Origin: a virus
Length of the DNA: 64,000 nucleotides
IMG/VR virus record: IMGVR_UViG_3300037461_000409
Coordinates: 1-64,000 of that record
Strand: one strand, 5' to 3'
The notes under the pieces were generated by a model. That model did no database searches, was not told the DNA's origin, and was given only the letters and a program-made list of their open reading frames with translations. The translations under genes and the position numbers were made by a program. Positions 8,753-16,687 of this stretch are shown in pieces. Each line of letters starts with the position of its first letter. The stretch's first letter is position 1.

Positions 8753-10645
8753 TCAGAAGCCCCCGCCGATGCCGTATCCAAATCCCAGATCGGCAGCAGT
8801 CGGCGATCTCTCGTCGAGCGAAGGATCGCAACGCGCAGGGGTGTCATGCTCCTGACGATACTCTGGGGGATCAAGCGGAGCAACTGTATTTGCGGGAGGT
8901 TGCACGACATGGGCAGGAAGCGCCGCCCGCGCCGGGCCTGGAAGGGCGGCTACTTCTTGCGGCAGAGCGTTAATCTGTGCCTGTTGCGCGTCCCCGAAAC
9001 TAAACTGGAATCCGCCGGCGCGGATGGCCGTGTCAGCCATCCACATTGCCATGACACAGTCATCGTGCTCGCCGACGCTGACCACCTGTCCATTCTGCCA
9101 GCTCATGGCCATCAGCTCGCCCATGATGATGTCAGTTACCTCGATACTGCGCTGATCGCCACGGGGCCAACGCCACTTGCGATTCTCCAAGGTCATCCTG
9201 AGCGAGGGCACGCCGCGGTCGAGGTTGTGCTTGCCCATGGTGAGCGAGGTCATCCCCTTCCGCCAGGGCTGCTTGGGCTGGACGCCCGAGGTGAAGAACT
9301 TGCGGATCGGGATGTCGGTGTCGCGTCGGAGCTCGTCGGTGAAGATCCTCTGGAACTGGTTGCTCTCCGCGTGCGCCACCTCGAAGCCGTAGATCACGTA
9401 GACTTCCTTGATCTCGTCCAACTGCTTCTGAAACCCCCATCCGCGACCGCGCCGGCAGTCCACCAACCAGCGGTTGCGCTGCTCGTCGACGGCGGTCGTG
9501 AAGATCACGGTCCAGTCGGCAGAACTTGAGGCGCTCATGGCAAAGTCGATGCCCGTGTAGATCATGCAGCCACGCTCGCGCCAGTAGCCCCCAGGCAACC
9601 CCAAGATGTACGGCAGGCGCACGTCCCCGCCCTCGAACAGCTTGCTCGGGAACAGCGACGCCTCGTCCGACAGCGGCTGACACAGAAACTCCCGGGCGAA
9701 CCGCGCCGGGCCGAGTTCCTGGCGCTTCGCCTCCAACCGGTCGCGGTTGTAGCGCTCCGGAAACAGCACCCGTCCGAACTTGTCAATCGCGGGATACTTC
9801 CGGACCGTGTACCTGCCGGTCCCCTCGATGTGCCCGTAGAGGTCGGCGTAGTGCATCGGCGTGCCGACCACCACGATCTGGCCACCGGGCGTGACCATGT
9901 TCGAGATGGCCGACAAGAAGTAATCGATGTTCCTCCGGCGGATCGTCTCGGAGTAGATGTCCTCATCCGTGAGGCAGTCGTCGACGACAATCCAGCTCGG
10001 GTGACCACCGCGGATCTTCACGCCCATGCCGCGAGCGCGAATGATCGTGCCGTTGCGGAGCGTGATCTCTTTCTTGCTCCACAGGCGATCCTCGGTGACT
10101 GGAACCAGGTGCCGGAGCTTGGGGTTGGTCAGCAGCTCCTCTTTGACCAGCGCCAGCAGTGCATTCGCGGTGTCCTGGGTCGATGAGAAGATGTAGCCCA
10201 GGCTCTTGGGCTTGCGGTAGCCACCCATCCAGATGGGATAGGCGAGGCTGAAGAAATGCGACTTACCGTGGTCGCGGGCAGCTTCAACTAGGACTCGATC
10301 ATGGGTGGTGACCAGCTCGTCCCACTCTTCATGATGCCGTCCGACCAACGACTTCCCATTGTAGGGCGGCTCCTGCGGGGCGGTGATTACCTCCGAGAAA
10401 AAGTAGGCCAGGGAAGTGGACAGCAACTCGCGCTGCGCTACGTTCCAGATCCTGTCGTCTTCGGGAGCCACCTCCGCGAGCTTGAGGCTGGACTCCACCT
10501 GATCAGACGAAACATCGGCTGAGAAGATGAGCTCGGACAGCGGCAGCGCCCGGATTCCGCCAAGGATGGGGGTCCGGTCGTGAGGCTGGTTGCGTAGCAA
10601 CGCCGGCGGAACGTGCTCGGCTACGGGTGTGCGCTCGATGATCAC
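8753..10645 (-). CDS. terL: Terminase large subunit
   Basis: AARDHGKS Walker A, WIVVDD Walker B, VVVGTP motif III, FAREFLC, GIDFA and HDDCVMA nuclease motifs. Confidence 0.93.
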   Translation of the reverse strand: MIIERTPVAEHVPPALLRNQPHDRTPILGGIRALPLSELIFSADVSSDQVESSLKLAEVAPEDDRIWNVAQRELLSTSLAYFFSEVITAPQEPPYNGKSLVGRHHEEWDELVTTHDRVLVEAARDHGKSHFFSLAYPIWMGGYRKPKSLGYIFSSTQDTANALLALVKEELLTNPKLRHLVPVTEDRLWSKKEITLRNGTIIRARGMGVKIRGGHPSWIVVDDCLTDEDIYSETIRRRNIDYFLSAISNMVTPGGQIVVVGTPMHYADLYGHIEGTGRYTVRKYPAIDKFGRVLFPERYNRDRLEAKRQELGPARFAREFLCQPLSDEASLFPSKLFEGGDVRLPYILGLPGGYWRERGCMIYTGIDFAMSASSSADWTVIFTTAVDEQRNRWLVDCRRGRGWGFQKQLDEIKEVYVIYGFEVAHAESNQFQRIFTDELRRDTDIPIRKFFTSGVQPKQPWRKGMTSLTMGKHNLDRGVPSLRMTLENRKWRWPRGDQRSIEVTDIIMGELMAMSWQNGQVVSVGEHDDCVMAMWMADTAIRAGGFQFSFGDAQQAQINALPQEVAALPGPARAALPAHVVQPPANTVAPLDPPEYRQEHDTPARCDPSLDERSPTAADLGFGYGIGGGF

Positions 10646-11025
10646 GAGATCAACGGCGCCTCGCGCACGATCTCCAGCGTCACGCGCGACAAAAACGGGG
10701 GACGCCCTAGCTTCACCCAGAGGGCCCAGCTCAAATCAACCACGGCGCGCCGCCGCCAGCCGCGCTTCAACCTGATCTGCACCTCCCACCGCCGGCCGTC
10801 GGTGGCCCCCCACGGCCCGGAGTCGCGGACTGTCGACCAAACGCACCGTCGCCCGCCGCCCACGCACACGCGAACGCGAGCACCGCACCGGCCACGCCAG
10901 CGACGGATGGCGATGTGCTCGGACTGCCACGTCAGCCGGCCGCCGCACGCGAGCTCTCCATGGTTGTGGCCGTCGCCCGGGTGATAGACGCTCAGGGCCC
11001 CGACCAGGACAAGTGCTTCGATCAT
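10642..11025 (-). CDS. RlpA-like double-psi beta-barrel protein (putative lytic transglycosylase)
   Basis: SVY..ACG..IA.R..CGARVRV..VRDSGPW..VVDLSWA. Start at ATG 11025 (ATGA overlap). Confidence 0.65.
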   Translation of the reverse strand: MIEALVLVGALSVYHPGDGHNHGELACGGRLTWQSEHIAIRRWRGRCGARVRVCVGGGRRCVWSTVRDSGPWGATDGRRWEVQIRLKRGWRRRAVVDLSWALWVKLGRPPFLSRVTLEIVREAPLIS

Positions 11026-11285
11026 CTGCTGTAGATGCGCTTGCCTGCCCCGCCCTCGCGCCCGGTGGTCCCGCGGTCTCGCCAATCGCGACCGAACTCG
11101 CGCTCGATCCTGTCGGGCCCGCCAATGATGGCTCCAGAGGGGCCAGCCACCCGAACCAGGGCGGGGGCGCTCATCAGACGCTCCATGCCAGACCCGCAGC
11201 GGCACGTTGGCGCGGGCCCGTCAAAAGCGACGTGGTGCTCACTCACATGGCCACACGTTGGACATCGGTAGTCGTACAACGGCAT
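11022..11285 (-). CDS. FmdB-family zinc-ribbon protein
   Basis: MPLYDYRCPTCGH...CRCGS.MERLMSAP. Confidence 0.85.
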   Translation of the reverse strand: MPLYDYRCPTCGHVSEHHVAFDGPAPTCRCGSGMERLMSAPALVRVAGPSGAIIGGPDRIEREFGRDWRDRGTTGREGGAGKRIYSR

Positions 11286-11291
11286 CGATTG

Positions 11292-11678
11292 TCACTTCCC
11301 CTTCTCCAGAAACGGAGCCACCGACAGAAACTCTCCGCTCCGGCGCTTTTCGCTGAGAGCCTGGGTCACCCGGTGCCCCCGCTCGGCCACGCGCCCGGCG
11401 ATGTCCATCACACGCTTTACGCGATGGCGGGCGATCTTGGCCTCGGCCATCACCCGCGGCCCTCGTCGGCGACTGCGCAATCCGTCCTGTGCGGACAACG
11501 CGGTCTCCAGGTCTGCCTCGGAGATCACGCCCATGGCGATCAACAGGCGTCCGAGCAAGGCGTCTGGATCTCCGCGTTGCTGTCCTATGGCCTCTGACAG
11601 CTGGGCTTCGTTGATCATGCCAAGGGCCAACAGGACGTTCCCGATGTTGGTCCGATCCGGATCTTTATCTTTCATCAT
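11292..11678 (-). CDS. Stand-alone MshEN-like domain protein
   Basis: Tandem NIGNVLLALGMINEAQLSEAIGQQ / LLGRLLIAMGVISEADLETALSAQ matches RLGxxLLxxGLIxxxxLxxxLxxQ, with the Arg positions substituted. Confidence 0.8.
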   Translation of the reverse strand: MMKDKDPDRTNIGNVLLALGMINEAQLSEAIGQQRGDPDALLGRLLIAMGVISEADLETALSAQDGLRSRRRGPRVMAEAKIARHRVKRVMDIAGRVAERGHRVTQALSEKRRSGEFLSVAPFLEKGK

Positions 11679-11905
11679 CGCAGGCTCCTGGCAATCTCCT
11701 GGATCAGCTCCTCCATCCGCGACAGCACCACCTCGGTCTTGGTCGCGGCCTCCGTCTGCCCCACCGCCAGTCCGATCACCGTGTCCTGTAGCTTGGCCGT
11801 CTCTCGGCGTTCAAGCCAGTAGAGAACAACCATGATCGCCGCCACCAAATACCCGCCGCCGGTGGCGATCATCTTGCCGAGCAACGTCGAGAAAATGCCA
11901 TCCAC
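11675..11905 (-). CDS. Putative holin (BhlA/UviB-like, single TM + coiled coil)
   Basis: 76 aa, TM GGGYLVAAIMVVLYWL followed by ERRE..LQ. Close to the endolysin. Confidence 0.55.
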   Translation of the reverse strand: MDGIFSTLLGKMIATGGGYLVAAIMVVLYWLERRETAKLQDTVIGLAVGQTEAATKTEVVLSRMEELIQEIARSLR

Positions 11906-11935
11906 GGAGCACCTCGGGATAGAAATCAGGGGGGC

Positions 11936-12526
11936 CTACGTCTGCCAGCGCCCCAACCACTCAATTGCCACCTTCGCCGCCTCGGACTCGACGTACCCCT
12001 GTATCACAAGCCCGGCCCGCAGCGCCATGGTCGCCGCAGCCTGGCAGATGTCCGCTTCCGAACAGGCGTAGCTCTTGAGCGACCTGGCCCGGGACAAAGC
12101 GAAGTCGTAGGGGTTGAACTTGCCGTTGGACATCCACCACTCGATCTCCATGTCCGAGCCATAGGCTTCAGCCTCGTATCCGGCGCGGTGGGAGCTCGAA
12201 GCCAGGTAGCGCGTGTCGTAGACCACCCATCCCTCGCGGTCGCCCTGCACCACATGCGTGTGCTCGTGGACCGCCACCCGGAGTTGTTCTGGCAACGTCC
12301 AGATCGGCGTCGCCTGGCCGACCGAGAACGGGGTGTAGATGGTCCTGCCGACGGTCGTGACAAAGCGCTCCATGAACTGGTCGCGCTCCTGGATGTCCAG
12401 CGTGTCCAGCAGGGCCGCCGCCGCGCGCATCATTTCGGACGTGTTCTTGGGAGAGACTTGACTCCCAAAGCGCTGCTGCATATGCCCCCACAGGCCCGTA
12501 ACCATCTGTGAGCCGATCTCGATCAT
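11936..12526 (-). CDS. Zincin-like metallopeptidase
   Basis: TTVGRTIY, HEHTHVVQ and YEAEAY motifs. Confidence 0.7.
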   Translation of the reverse strand: MIEIGSQMVTGLWGHMQQRFGSQVSPKNTSEMMRAAAALLDTLDIQERDQFMERFVTTVGRTIYTPFSVGQATPIWTLPEQLRVAVHEHTHVVQGDREGWVVYDTRYLASSSHRAGYEAEAYGSDMEIEWWMSNGKFNPYDFALSRARSLKSYACSEADICQAAATMALRAGLVIQGYVESEAAKVAIEWLGRWQT

Positions 12527-12753
12527 TTTCCGCTCACACACCGACAACCGGCGTCGGTCTCACCGCACGACCATCGGACGGGCACGGCATCCCTGGCGGG
12601 ACGGACCTTGGAACAATCCATGGCCCGCTGCCACTTGCTGTTTGAGCCGCACAGCTCAAGAACGCTGCCGTTGCATCGGGTGGAATTGGGCATCTGACAC
12701 GGGGCCCCGCAGGCGGCTCCGAGGAGGGCCATGGCCACTGTCACCACCTTCAT
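12523..12753 (-). CDS. Small Cys-rich lipoprotein
   Basis: MKVVTVAMALLGAAC lipobox, RC.G..LELC...W....DC. ATGA overlaps at both ends. Confidence 0.65.
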   Translation of the reverse strand: MKVVTVAMALLGAACGAPCQMPNSTRCNGSVLELCGSNSKWQRAMDCSKVRPARDAVPVRWSCGETDAGCRCVSGK

Positions 12754-12986
12754 TTGACGAGATCCTTCTGCGCGAGCTCCCAGGCCACGCGCAACGGGCA
12801 GTCGGGCGGACAGCGCAGGATCGACTGGGCAATCCATCCCATGGCCTGGGCCATCTGGCTGTAGGAAGTCTGGAGCGCGGAGGTATTGGCTTCGACCCCA
12901 CGCAGACGCCTTTCTATCCGATGCAGCGCCGCCGTTACCGGGTCCTGCGATTCTTCCAGCTGCGGCAATTCTTCCGAGGGTGTCAT
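12750..12986 (-). CDS. Hypothetical coiled-coil protein
   Basis: 78-aa ORF coupled to the downstream gene. Confidence 0.55.
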   Translation of the reverse strand: MTPSEELPQLEESQDPVTAALHRIERRLRGVEANTSALQTSYSQMAQAMGWIAQSILRCPPDCPLRVAWELAQKDLVK

Positions 12987-12996
12987 GCTTCCCAGA

Positions 12997-13650
12997 TTAG
13001 CCGCCGAAAGCCGCTGTTACAACCCTCTCCAGAAAGGTCAGCCATTTGGCAGAGTCCATCGCACGAATGGTCTTCTCTGAGGGCGAAAAGATCACGTCCG
13101 TGAGCGCTCTCCGGGTGGCCGGGCCGAGGTCTCCATCGATGCCGCCCGGCAGCGCATGCCCGAACACGTAGCTCAGAGCCGCCTGCATGAACAGCGTGCG
13201 AGACCGAGAGCCATAGGCCCAGTCGGTCGCAGTGCCGTCGTCGCAATGCCAGTGATCCTCGTGAGCTTGGTTGTACCAGAAATTGAGCACCATCCCCAGG
13301 TGCATGCGCAGCACGGCCTCGACCCCAAGATACCGGCGAGCGTCAAACGGGGCATTGCGCGTGATCAACGGTGGCTGGTCCTTCCACCAGATTGCGTCAA
13401 TGTCGATGGCGCGACCCTCGCCGTGGCGCCCGGCCTTCTCGACATAGCAGCCGCCGGACACCAGGCACTCGGGCGCGCCCAGCTGCGACCGCTTCCACAG
13501 GTCGAGCAAGCACCGTTCGAGCGTGGCGTGGAAGTTCTGCTCCAGCCTCACGGTGCGAGGGCCCTTGCCCTGCGTCCCGTAGGGCGCCACCGGCTGCCTG
13601 GCGTAGTGAATCGGGACTCCCGCGATGTGGTCAAACGATACGAGCACCAT
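12997..13650 (-). CDS. Endolysin (extensin-C/M15-like Zn peptidase + peptidoglycan-binding domain)
   Basis: GRHGEGRAIDID..AHEDHWHCD, then GIDGDLGPATRRAL. GGAGG RBS before ATG 13650. Confidence 0.8.
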   Translation of the reverse strand: MVLVSFDHIAGVPIHYARQPVAPYGTQGKGPRTVRLEQNFHATLERCLLDLWKRSQLGAPECLVSGGCYVEKAGRHGEGRAIDIDAIWWKDQPPLITRNAPFDARRYLGVEAVLRMHLGMVLNFWYNQAHEDHWHCDDGTATDWAYGSRSRTLFMQAALSYVFGHALPGGIDGDLGPATRRALTDVIFSPSEKTIRAMDSAKWLTFLERVVTAAFGG

Positions 13651-13682
13651 GGGCCGGCCTCCATCGGCTGATGGCGACCAGA

Positions 13683-14066
13683 TTAGCTGCTGCCGTAGTA
13701 ATCCGCCAGCCCCTGGGCTCGGGCCTGGCGCGCGAGGCTTTCTGCCCCGAGCTCGCCGTGGATGGAAACCGAGAACGACACGCGCCCCCCGGGCCAGGCC
13801 GCAACCCACACCGTGGCTCTCCCGCGACGCTCGACTCGCCAGACGCCGCCGAGGTCTGCGGGGTCGGCCTGAACCACAGCCTCTGTCCGGGGCTTCCCCA
13901 AGTCGGCCTCCGTCTGGTCGCGCCAGGCGACGGACGCGTCCAACGCCTTGCGCTTCCCGCCGTGCAGCCGGTCGGAGAACAGCTTGGAGTGGGTGCGTCC
14001 TCGCCAGCGCACCCGGACGAACCAGCCGCGGTTGCGGCCGTAGTCAAAGCGGCTAATCGACTTCAT
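13683..14066 (-). CDS. AP2-like DNA-binding protein (tandem domains, no nuclease domain seen)
   Basis: GWFVRV..RGRTHSKLFSD..HGGKRKAL..A.AWRD and WVAAW...SFSV..HGE..A..LA..AR. Confidence 0.7.
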   Translation of the reverse strand: MKSISRFDYGRNRGWFVRVRWRGRTHSKLFSDRLHGGKRKALDASVAWRDQTEADLGKPRTEAVVQADPADLGGVWRVERRGRATVWVAAWPGGRVSFSVSIHGELGAESLARQARAQGLADYYGSS

Positions 14067-14250
14067 CCCGGTCCCGATCTTCCTCGCCCCAGCACGGACA
14101 TCCTCGGCAGTGGTGTTCGTCGCAGACAACGCACCTTTGCCACCGGCCCCAGGCCCCGCAGCCAGGGCAGGGAGTACAGCACATGCCGTCGTCGGGCGCG
14201 TAGGTTTGGCCACAGCCGGGGCACCGGGCGGTGTAGCTGAAGTCGCTCAT
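14053..14250 (-). CDS. Small Cys-rich zinc-finger protein
   Basis: Multiple CxxC pairs, ATGA coupling. Confidence 0.55.
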   Translation of the reverse strand: MSDFSYTARCPGCGQTYAPDDGMCCTPCPGCGAWGRWQRCVVCDEHHCRGCPCWGEEDRDRDEVD

Positions 14251-14447
14251 GGCCGCTCGCCGAACGCCAGATCCAGCGCCGACGCCAGGGAGTCAGCGCG
14301 CCATTCCTCGCCATCCATCCGTGCCACATGGGCCTCGCCGTTGGCACCAAGAGAGAAGCTACCCAGCAGGCGCTTGGTGCGCTCCTCGCGAATGACACCG
14401 AACGTCTCACTCCGATCCCAGGACTCGACCACCAACTGGGTCCTCAT
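14247..14447 (-). CDS. Hypothetical protein
   Basis: GGAGG RBS, ATGA overlaps. Confidence 0.6.
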   Translation of the reverse strand: MRTQLVVESWDRSETFGVIREERTKRLLGSFSLGANGEAHVARMDGEEWRADSLASALDLAFGERP

Positions 14448-14719
14448 GTTTCCTCCATGCTCCAGCCCTTGCGGTTCAGAGCCCGCTCGACCCGCTCAAG
14501 CTCCTCGATCTGGGCGTGCTGCTCGGGGGAGATCACGAAGCCCGCGTGGACCACGGTTCCAACGTAGTCCGGGCGATGCAGCTGATCGTCCAGCCGCACG
14601 CTGTAGGCGGCCACGTCCAAGTACGTCGGGCTGAGCATCCTGCGGTAGTTGACTGTCGCCGCGCGCCAGCGGTCACCGACGTAGGCAAATACCCTGTCTC
14701 CCGTATTGAACCCGCTCAC
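14444..14719 (-). CDS. Hypothetical protein (SH3-like beta barrel)
   Basis: FNTGDRV..W..ATV..YSVRLD. AGGAGG RBS. Confidence 0.6.
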   Translation of the reverse strand: MSGFNTGDRVFAYVGDRWRAATVNYRRMLSPTYLDVAAYSVRLDDQLHRPDYVGTVVHAGFVISPEQHAQIEELERVERALNRKGWSMEET

Positions 14720-14779
14720 AGTCCCCTCCTATGGACGCCCGCCGTAGAGCTTGAGCATTTCCTGTGGCTTTGTCATGCG

Positions 14780-15880
14780 TCACTTCTCGGGCTGCGGATC
14801 CCAGTATTCGACCAACTCGAATTTGATCAACTCCGATTGTCCGGTCTGTCGACCAGCCGCGGGGGAGAAAGAACTCCGCGCCATACGCAAGCACCTGCGT
14901 AGCCACCGCTCCAATTCCGCGGGGGTCATGAAGTTCACGGTCGGAGCGCTAAAGACAAATGGGATCTCAGTGCCGGGCGGAAGCGTCTCGAACCACTTGA
15001 GACCAAACCCACCTGACCTGGTGCCCGCTCCATTCTTGGGGCTACCAGCGATCTGCACTGCAGGCCGGTGCTGCATGACCACCTTGACAGGCGGCAGCAG
15101 CTCGGTCGGCTCGACATAGAACAAGTTGGTCATCCAGGGGTTGCACTTGAGAATCTTGTCGCGCGATCCATAGTGGGCTGAGTTGAGATGCCACTCCAGA
15201 AAGCCGGTGAAGTTCCTCGACCCGATCATGATCCCGCCGTTTGGCCCGCGGTCAAAGCACAGGGGATAGTCGGCGGGATCCCAGTCGCTGGCATCGAAGG
15301 TCTTGTTGAACTTGGATTCCTTGATCTGCTCGATCAATCCGGCCGAATACGGATATCCGCCACGGATCTCGCTGATGAGCTTGACTGTGATTCTGAACGT
15401 GGCCCAGTTGTCCGGGTGGCTAATCTCCTTCCCCGTGTCTCGACCGCCAGGCTGGGCCTCCAGGGCGTATGCCAAGGCCATGCCCGCCGGATCCTCCTTC
15501 AGGCGCGCCAGGAGTTTGTCCACCTGCGCAATCTCCAGAGAACAGTTGTACTGCAGCTTCTTCGTCGAGTAGACACGATCCTTGCCCTCTCTGTTTGCGG
15601 CCAGAAAGTCTTTCTTACGGAGCGCCTCCAGAACCCGGCTCATCGTCCCCGGGTGAACCACGCTGTTGAGCTGGTCCTTAATCATCTGCACGATCTCGAT
15701 GCAGGTCTGCGCCCCGCGAGCCTGCACACCATAGAGGCCGAGCAGCCAGAGCTGCTCCCAGTTGTCCTTGGTGAAGCGCCGACCCTCAAGTTCTTCGACT
15801 GTCTTGGCGCTCTCGCCATTGCCCTTTGTCGGGATCTTTGGCGGCGCCTCCTGTTTCTCGGTTTCCTTCTGGATTCGCAT
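14780..15880 (-). CDS. Winged-HTH + RAMP/Cas7-like fusion protein, solitary (no other cas genes or CRISPR array seen)
   Basis: N-terminal GTMSRVLEALRKKDFL..REGKDRVY (wHTH). The C-terminal part has RAMP-ordered motifs FRITVKLISEIRGGYP, FDRGPNGGIMIGSRNFTGFL, LFYVEP, HRP, WFETLPPGTEIPF, ELERWL and a divergent G-loop SFSPAAGRQTGQ. Confidence 0.7.
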   Translation of the reverse strand: MRIQKETEKQEAPPKIPTKGNGESAKTVEELEGRRFTKDNWEQLWLLGLYGVQARGAQTCIEIVQMIKDQLNSVVHPGTMSRVLEALRKKDFLAANREGKDRVYSTKKLQYNCSLEIAQVDKLLARLKEDPAGMALAYALEAQPGGRDTGKEISHPDNWATFRITVKLISEIRGGYPYSAGLIEQIKESKFNKTFDASDWDPADYPLCFDRGPNGGIMIGSRNFTGFLEWHLNSAHYGSRDKILKCNPWMTNLFYVEPTELLPPVKVVMQHRPAVQIAGSPKNGAGTRSGGFGLKWFETLPPGTEIPFVFSAPTVNFMTPAELERWLRRCLRMARSSFSPAAGRQTGQSELIKFELVEYWDPQPEK

Positions 15881-15897
15881 TCTCCCGCTCTCCTTTT

Positions 15898-16180
15898 GTG
15901 CCCGCTTCAAAAAGCGAACACCTCATTCAGTCACTCAACCCTTCGCGCGTGCTTGCTTGCCTCCACACAGCCCTACCGCCTATCGGACCAACGGACGAGC
16001 TATCCGTCCTGCCCGCCTTCTCTCGTGCCGCCCGACCTGCAGCCAGCCGTACCTCCGTTGCCCCTCGCCTTCCAACCATCCCTTCCGACCATCGTCCCAT
16101 CATCCATCCCTCCGTCCCTCAGATCGCCCCATCCTCCTCGGCCTCGCGCCTTCTTCCTACCGCCCCGTCCCTCCAGCCAT
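15898..16180 (-). ncRNA. Candidate periodic guide-like RNA: degenerate GG-NN part, strict (G-NNN)34 tract, 3' hairpin
   Basis: Intergenic. On + strand 15921-16056, every 4th base is C for 34 consecutive tetramers. Hairpin GTGTTCGCTT-TTTG-AAGCGGGCAC at 15921-15898. Expression as an RNA is inferred. Confidence 0.6.
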
Positions 16181-16187
16181 TGTCACG

Positions 16188-16400
16188 TCATCGAATCTGC
16201 CCCTTCGCTCGGGCCAGTTCCCACAACCCAAGCAGAGCGCCCGGGCCGTTGCCCTCTTCATCGGCCGAGATGCCCAGCACCAGCGCGCTGTCGTCTGGCA
16301 TGTGGAGTTCAACCCACGGCATGTCGTCATCTAACCCAACGTCCACGATTTTCGCTCCGACGAGAAGCCGAAGCGCCTTCAACAGCGATTTCTGGTTCAT
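16188..16400 (-). CDS. Hypothetical phage protein (DEEGNGPG motif)
   Basis: ISADEEGNGPGAL, ATGA overlap at 16397-16400. Confidence 0.65.
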   Translation of the reverse strand: MNQKSLLKALRLLVGAKIVDVGLDDDMPWVELHMPDDSALVLGISADEEGNGPGALLGLWELARAKGQIR

Positions 16401-16687
16401 GCCTGCCACCCGTGCCCGCAGTCGCAGATCATCGCCGATGCCGGACTCGTGCGCCCGCACTTGGGGCAGTCCTTGGCCCTCGGGGGGTTCACTGCCGGCC
16501 GTGACACCCACTCCCTCATCTGCACCATCCGCTCGAACGCCGCCAGCATCGCCGCGGTGTTCTTGGCGGTCCTGCGCGTGTGGATCCAGATGAAGATCGG
16601 GGACAAGAACAGAACCACCATCAGCACCGCCCACAGAACCTTCAGACCGACAAGCGCCGACAGAAACGGACCGATCATGGTGTCCAT
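16397..16687 (-). CDS. Membrane protein with C-terminal zinc ribbon
   Basis: Long hydrophobic N-terminus, CPKCG..CDCG. Confidence 0.65.
   Translation of the reverse strand: MDTMIGPFLSALVGLKVLWAVLMVVLFLSPIFIWIHTRRTAKNTAAMLAAFERMVQMREWVSRPAVNPPRAKDCPKCGRTSPASAMICDCGHGWQA

Noticed and set aside
15921-16180. The tract as a CRISPR array, microsatellite or protein-coding region
   Set aside because: No 23-50-nt direct repeats, the units are not identical, and period 4 is incompatible with codon structure. The overlapping plus-strand ORFs are low-complexity.
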